Shown one piece after another: positions 33,684 through 38,032 of a stretch of DNA of 38,032 nucleotides. The notes below the pieces were generated by a model, which was given only the letters and a program-made list of their open reading frames with translations, did no database searches and had not been told where the DNA came from. Positions within the stretch are counted from its first letter, which is position 1. Every line of letters starts with the position of its first letter. The stretch is from a virus (Duplodnaviria > Caudoviricetes). The DNA lies in IMG/VR virus record IMGVR_UViG_3300037755_000547, positions 1 to 38,032 of that record; one strand, written 5' to 3'. Position numbers and translations under genes: made by a program.

Positions 33684-33808
33684 CAGATCACTCCAAAGCC
33701 GCCACAGTTCATGCAAACGAGCTGCTGCTCTTCATCGTTCGGGTCTTTGGCGTCGACCATGCCCGTGCCTTCGCAAAGCGGACATTCGATCTCATCATCG
33801 TCTTCCAT
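33683..33808 (-). CDS. Mini DnaJ-type zinc-finger protein (41 aa)
   Basis: Manual translation MEDDDEIECPLCEGTGMVDAKDPNDEEQQLVCMNCGGFGVI*, two CxxCxGxG motifs. Confidence 0.7.
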   Translation of the reverse strand: MEDDDEIECPLCEGTGMVDAKDPNDEEQQLVCMNCGGFGVI

Positions 33809-33812
33809 CTCC

Positions 33813-34421
33813 CTACCCCTTCGTCTCGGATGCGGCCCGCTCTAGCGGAGTCAGCGGAAGGTCCGGCTGCAGGCCGCAGAACTCCGACCATGCAGCGCCG
33901 ACCGCGCCCGTGCCGGGGAAGAGGTCGTGGAAGTCGTCGCCGCGCCGCGCGCCGAGCAGCGCGAAGACCCACATCGAAAAAGCCTTGGGCTTTCTCCCCA
34001 TGAACTGCTCGCCGTTCCGGATCCGCTCTTTGCTGACGACGTAGCGATCCACGTGCGCGGACGTCGGGCTATGGCGCGTTAGGACGTAGTCGGCGGCGCG
34101 CGAGCCGGTCTCGGCGAAGGAGCGACCGCCGCACACGATGACGGGCTCGAAGTGCTTCGTCAGCGCTGCGCGGTTCCCGCCGTACTTGGGGTGGAGCGAT
34201 ATCCAACTGCACGTCCGGGCGTGATCGGGACACATGGGCAGGATCACGCGCAAGCTGCGCTCGCTAAGGCTCATCGCCCAGCCGTCGGGGAACTTCGCCT
34301 GCAGGCGCTCGATAAGAGCGCGGTGCGTTTCCGGATCATCCCAGATCGCAGCTTCGGGATGGTGCGCGGTGTAGTACTCGGCCAAGCCGAGGTACGGCGG
34401 ATCGGCATAAGCGAATCTCAT
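33813..34421 (-). CDS. Small beta-class amino (N6A/N4C) DNA methyltransferase-like protein (202 aa)
   Basis: N-terminal YADPPY and C-terminal DLFPGTG; ATGA overlap at 34418-34421. Confidence 0.8.
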   Translation of the reverse strand: MRFAYADPPYLGLAEYYTAHHPEAAIWDDPETHRALIERLQAKFPDGWAMSLSERSLRVILPMCPDHARTCSWISLHPKYGGNRAALTKHFEPVIVCGGRSFAETGSRAADYVLTRHSPTSAHVDRYVVSKERIRNGEQFMGRKPKAFSMWVFALLGARRGDDFHDLFPGTGAVGAAWSEFCGLQPDLPLTPLERAASETKG

Positions 34422-34444
34422 TTCGTTTTCGTCTCGGATGCGGC
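33820..34444. repeat. 17-bp direct repeat TTCGTCTCGGATGCGGC (33820-33836, 34428-34444)
   Basis: Exact match; both genes end in AASETK. Confidence 0.9.
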
Positions 34445-35149
34445 GGGGGGAGAGGCCAGGGCGCACGTCAGATCGGGCGCAATTGGCGGATCGGCCTTCC
34501 AGAAAGCCGGACGGCCCCGCAGTTGGCGGCAGACCGCAGCGAGTTGCTCCGGCCACCGCAACGTGCCGAGCGCCTTAAGCAGACTGCCGTGCGTGTGACG
34601 GCCCTTGCCTTGGACAAGGCGTGCGGCCTCCGCCTCCCAACGAAGCTCTTCGACCCAAAGCAAGGCGAGGCACGCCTCTGGCCAAGGCTGAAACGGCTCG
34701 TGCTCGTGAACCGCGTCCAACTCGAAATCGTCGGGAAGTGCGCCGTGCAGCCTATCTCGGTCGCTCAATGCGATCCCGATGCTCGGCATGAGGTAGCGTA
34801 TCAGCTTCGCATCTTCGATGTGCCGATGCGGTGCCGCGATCCACACTTCTGGGGTCGCGAGGCGGAACATCCCGACTTGGTGGAGCAGTCGAGACGTATC
34901 GTCGAATTGCGACTTGATCTCCACTACAGCGAGATGCGCCGGGCTGACAAACGCAACATCAGCGCGCACCGTGCCCCGGTCCATGACCAGCTCATGAACC
35001 ACCCTGGCCAAGGGCCAACGCTTGCGCCCCCACCGCTCTACGGCGTCGCGCATCAGCAGCTCGTCTTCACTTCGATACGACCGCCGCCTATCGTTGCTCG
35101 TGAAGCGCGCTGCCGCGTCCGGCGTTGTCTCTCGGATCAGTCCGCTCAT
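34418..35149 (-). CDS. sce7726/MmcB-like PD-(D/E)XK nuclease-family protein
   Basis: HEL...RADVA...VEIKS..DD..RL..QV and LLWVEEL motifs. Confidence 0.75.
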   Translation of the reverse strand: MSGLIRETTPDAAARFTSNDRRRSYRSEDELLMRDAVERWGRKRWPLARVVHELVMDRGTVRADVAFVSPAHLAVVEIKSQFDDTSRLLHQVGMFRLATPEVWIAAPHRHIEDAKLIRYLMPSIGIALSDRDRLHGALPDDFELDAVHEHEPFQPWPEACLALLWVEELRWEAEAARLVQGKGRHTHGSLLKALGTLRWPEQLAAVCRQLRGRPAFWKADPPIAPDLTCALASPPAASETKTK

Positions 35150-35472
35150 TCTGACTCCCCCTTCTCGTTCTCGGACAGGGAGGCGGACCGATACTCTACC
35201 GCCTGACGATTAGTGTAGCCGTGCCCGAGAAACCGGCGCTCAACGCGCTCAAATATGACTGTCGGACCGAACGGATAATCCAGCTGCACGGGGCGCCAAG
35301 CAAACCACCCGTGCCATTCCTTAGATGGACCGACCGCACGGCGCTTGAGCCAGCTCACTCCCTCCCACGTCTTGATGAGGACAAAGACCGCACCGATGGC
35401 TGGGATCATCGGCACAAGGATGGGACTCAGCAACACGAGCTGAAGCCAGTTCGGCAGAGGCTTGAGAACCAT
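35146..35472 (-). CDS. Hypothetical membrane-anchored protein (108 aa)
   Basis: N-terminal TM; WHGWFAWRPVQL...ERVERR motif. Confidence 0.7.
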   Translation of the reverse strand: MVLKPLPNWLQLVLLSPILVPMIPAIGAVFVLIKTWEGVSWLKRRAVGPSKEWHGWFAWRPVQLDYPFGPTVIFERVERRFLGHGYTNRQAVEYRSASLSENEKGESE

Positions 35473-35832
35473 CTACTCCCCCTCCGTTCCGGCGCTGGCC
35501 CGAAGCTCTTTGCAGCAGCAGGGCGTTCCCTTGTCGAACCAGCGATTGATCGCGCGGCTGGCGGACCCAAGGTGGGGATCAGTCTCCATGGCGCGCTCCA
35601 TGTCGGTCTCTTCTCCGATGCAGAAGTCCTCGAACTCCTGCTTGCTGCGCTCGTGGAGGCGCTTCAGGGCCTCGTCCATGAGCGCGGCGCCGGTCGGCAG
35701 AACGCCGTCGAGCCGGTAGCAGGAGTGGCCCGCGCGAGCGCCGCCGTCGTGGCTGATCGTGTCGAGCGCCTCCCACAAGAACGGATGCTGCTCGCGGGTG
35801 ACGAAGAACGGCACGGGTCGCGTCCGGCTCAT
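35473..35832 (-). CDS. Hypothetical protein (119 aa)
   Basis: Coupled at both ends; GGAGG RBS. Confidence 0.7.
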   Translation of the reverse strand: MSRTRPVPFFVTREQHPFLWEALDTISHDGGARAGHSCYRLDGVLPTGAALMDEALKRLHERSKQEFEDFCIGEETDMERAMETDPHLGSASRAINRWFDKGTPCCCKELRASAGTEGE

Positions 35833-35861
35833 GGGCCATCCTCCGTTCCGGCGCTGGCCCG
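35481..35861. repeat. 22-bp direct repeat CCTCCGTTCCGGCGCTGGCCCG (35481-35502, 35840-35861)
   Basis: Exact match; both genes end in RASAGTE. Confidence 0.95.
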
Positions 35862-36695
35862 GTCTAGCCGCTCGATCTCAGCAATGATGAGAGCGCCCGC
35901 GCGCACGAGGTCGCGGCGCGGGTCTTTGGGCTTCCATCCACGAGCATCCCACGGCCACCAATTCGGCGCCGATCCCAAGTAGGGTCGAGGATGCCTCCCG
36001 GCGTGGTACGAATAAGCTGAGGCGGCGAGCGCGATCTCTCCGCCAATGTGCTCGTCGTCGTGAGCCGCGTCCCAGCCTTCCTCCGACACCTGACGAATGC
36101 GCTCTTGCAGCACGTCGAAGGCGGCGCGGGAGAGCGTCGGCGGATTGGTCGTGTCGTCCGGCACCGCATCGTGCAATCGCAGCTTCGCGAACGGTTGCAG
36201 CGCCTCTATCAGCTCCTCTCGTGAAGGAGAGGCTACTTCCGCTCTCACCGCAGCCTGCATCCGAAGCAGGCGGTCTTTGAGAAGGTGGTCGATGCGCATG
36301 CGGAGCATCGCGATCTCATCCGTCGCCGGGGAGCAGTCGCATCGCGGACAGATGTCCGGCCCTCCGAGGCTCAGTGGATAGTTCTTCGCGCCACACATCA
36401 GACATGGCCCCGGCATGATATCCGGGCGATCCGATTGTGAAGGAGAGGCTGGCTCAGGACGGGTTCCCGCTAACGCGGAGTGCGGGTTCGATGGAGCGTC
36501 GCGGTCCCACAAATCACGGTTCGCGTACTTCAGCGAAAGCTCCTGGTAGGCGTTGATCAGCTCAAGGACGTTCGCGGCGTTGCACGTCGAGTCGTACTGC
36601 GCGAATGCTGCATCGGCGGGGCGGTCCTGGTGCTCGATCCAGTCCAGCACCTCGACGCAGATCGCGCGCATGGAGCCGAGCTTGGCGCTATCCAT
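35829..36695 (-). CDS. Mosaic Ea22-like protein with Zn finger and C-terminal MazG-like phage domain
   Basis: ANVLELI N-terminal motif; CLMC...CPRC; ERIRQVSEEGW..HDDEH...WPW...RRDLVRAGALIIAEIERLDR. Confidence 0.75.
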   Translation of the reverse strand: MDSAKLGSMRAICVEVLDWIEHQDRPADAAFAQYDSTCNAANVLELINAYQELSLKYANRDLWDRDAPSNPHSALAGTRPEPASPSQSDRPDIMPGPCLMCGAKNYPLSLGGPDICPRCDCSPATDEIAMLRMRIDHLLKDRLLRMQAAVRAEVASPSREELIEALQPFAKLRLHDAVPDDTTNPPTLSRAAFDVLQERIRQVSEEGWDAAHDDEHIGGEIALAASAYSYHAGRHPRPYLGSAPNWWPWDARGWKPKDPRRDLVRAGALIIAEIERLDRASAGTEDGP

Positions 36696-37431
36696 TGTCG
36701 GCTTCCTTGTCGGAGAAAGTGGCGAGGTCAGGCTCCTTGAGGGCCGCGCGCGCGATCTCCCTGGGCGTCAGCCAGATCGAGCCCGGCGGGACGCTCTCGC
36801 CCGGCTTCTTGCCGTCCCAGCGGCGCGGATCGTGATGGTCGTATGCGGTGGCGTCATTGCGTGCGCACCGGCGCAGCGCGGTTTTCAGCCTTTCGACCTC
36901 TAGCGCATCGCTCTCTTGCCGTCCGCGATCCGCGTTAGCGGGAACACTATTCTCCGTATGCGGAGAGGCTGGCGGGGCGGAGGAAAGGGCGGCTCGGGCG
37001 AACTCTCCTACGTTCCACACCGCTTTGTTATGGATGAACGCGCCCTTAGCCTTCTCGGCCAGGACCTCCAGCGCCTCCGCTTGTTCTGCTACGGTAGAGC
37101 GCAGGGCGGTGTCGTTCGCGAGGCACGAGCACGCACCCGGCGTCGGACATCCTGGAGGCTCGTTCGCCGAGAACCGCCGCATCAGTTCCCCCACGCTCCC
37201 CGCCCCGAGGGCGGACGCTGCGGCCGTGAGGGCGGCGGCTGCATCGTTTTCAAACTGCTCGCGACACTCTTCCCAAGGCTCGATCCGATGCCACGTCTTG
37301 GCCGCTGCCGCGAAGGTGTCCGCGCAATGATTGTCGCGCTCGACCTCGCTCTGATAGAGCGACCTTGCGACCGACTCGCGCAGCCTTTCCTCCGTCATAG
37401 GGCCGTCTGGAACTGTGGGGGTGTCAGTCAT
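36688..37431 (-). CDS. Mosaic hypothetical protein (247 aa)
   Basis: Coupled ORF; CPTPGACSC and repeated ARAAL segment ends. Confidence 0.7.
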   Translation of the reverse strand: MTDTPTVPDGPMTEERLRESVARSLYQSEVERDNHCADTFAAAAKTWHRIEPWEECREQFENDAAAALTAAASALGAGSVGELMRRFSANEPPGCPTPGACSCLANDTALRSTVAEQAEALEVLAEKAKGAFIHNKAVWNVGEFARAALSSAPPASPHTENSVPANADRGRQESDALEVERLKTALRRCARNDATAYDHHDPRRWDGKKPGESVPPGSIWLTPREIARAALKEPDLATFSDKEADNG

Positions 37432-37510
37432 TCTTCCGTTCCTCGCTACCGGGCCGCGTTAGCGGGAGCACTCATTTTCCGTTTCACTTTTCTCTCCCGG
37501 TGCTGGGTGG

Positions 37511-38032
37511 TCAGGCGGCTGCTGCTTCGTACTGCAACTGCAGGGCGCGGACTTTCGCTTCCAGATCGGACAGGAAGCGCTCCACGGCCTGCTCCAGCTC
37601 GCCGCAGCGCTTTTCGTCGCGGGGGACGCGCGAGATGTGAAGCCGCATCGTTTCCGGCAGACGCGGGTCAAAGCTCACGTAGTCGCACCACTGCCGGTTC
37701 GTGCAGGTCATCTGCCACTGCATCTGGACGATGTAGCCGTCGGGGATTTTCGCTCCCATGAGCGTATCGAGATGCGTCTTCGTGGTCGGGCATTTGAACT
37801 CGACGAGTCCGTCGTCGCCGATCAGCCCGTCAGGGCTGGCGCCGGTCATCAGGATGCAGGGGTGATCGATGAAGTCGGCGAGGGTCACGTTGGAGTCGGT
37901 GCGGAAGCTGTAGGCCTTGCGCGCCAGCGGCTCGTTATCGACGCCCCACTGCATGGCGGCGGACTTGTAGTTGTCCGCGACCGTTCCGGTCAGGCGCTCC
38001 GCAATCAGCTGCGCCATGTAGGTCGCGCGGCT
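37511..38032 (-). CDS. YqaJ/lambda-type exonuclease (5' end outside window)
   Basis: AMQWGVDNEPLAR, GASPDGLI, VEFKCP, QMQWQM, WCDYVSFDPR. Confidence 0.95.
   Translation of the reverse strand, partial: SRATYMAQLIAERLTGTVADNYKSAAMQWGVDNEPLARKAYSFRTDSNVTLADFIDHPCILMTGASPDGLIGDDGLVEFKCPTTKTHLDTLMGAKIPDGYIVQMQWQMTCTNRQWCDYVSFDPRLPETMRLHISRVPRDEKRCGELEQAVERFLSDLEAKVRALQLQYEAAAA

Larger units (their letters stand above)
29687..37467. repeat. Dispersed four-copy hairpin site, core CCGCGTTAGCGGGA (29687-29703 +, 36463-36479 inverted, 36929-36945 +, 37451-37467 +)
   Basis: 14-bp core identical in all four; copies 1 and 4 share 17 bp direct; copies 2 and 3 share 17 bp inverted. Confidence 0.9.
1..38032. 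mobile_element. Podovirus-like tailed phage/prophage, partial genome (late operon on +, early operon on -)
   Basis: Terminase-portal-scaffold-capsid-tail-ejection gene order, integrase, lambda-type exonuclease; the two operons converge at 28401-28404; no host genes seen. Confidence 0.97.

Noticed and set aside
29687-37467. Hairpin site as a CRISPR type I-E repeat or solitary repeat unit
   Set aside because: It resembles the CCGCGnnAGCGGG core, but the stem is only 4 bp, the 5' arm does not match, and there is no regular spacing or cas gene
1-38032. tRNA, rRNA, attP/attL/attR and intrinsic terminators
   Set aside because: No convincing cloverleaf, att core or hairpin-plus-U-tract seen by eye; tRNAscan and Infernal were not run

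Overview
The whole window is part of a high-GC tailed phage or prophage with podovirus-type architecture. The host is probably alphaproteobacterial (inferred from gene style), and no host genes, att site, repressor or replication genes are visible. The + strand (1-28404) is the late operon: TerS, TerL, portal (with a second gene overprinted on its 3' end), GroES-like co-chaperonin, scaffold, capsid decoration protein, Mu-gpT-like major capsid, two beta-helix proteins, P22-like tail and ejection proteins, a holin/spanin-like membrane cluster with no visible endolysin, and a 989-aa polyvalent protein. The - strand (28401-38032) is a dense, translationally coupled early operon: YqaJ/lambda exonuclease, mosaic Ea22-like proteins, sce7726-like nuclease, DNA methyltransferase, XF1762/Mom-like protein, T5orf172 fusion, a tyrosine integrase apparently lacking catalytic Arg I, and many small ORFs. 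The most notable unexplained structure is twofold: (i) genes and in-frame domains repeatedly bracketed by their own short direct repeats, giving a cassette-like architecture, and (ii) a four-copy hairpin site CCGC-GTTA-GCGG-GA, three copies direct and one inverted, at gene or domain junctions of the early operon. All functional calls come from motif recognition by eye; no searches were run.
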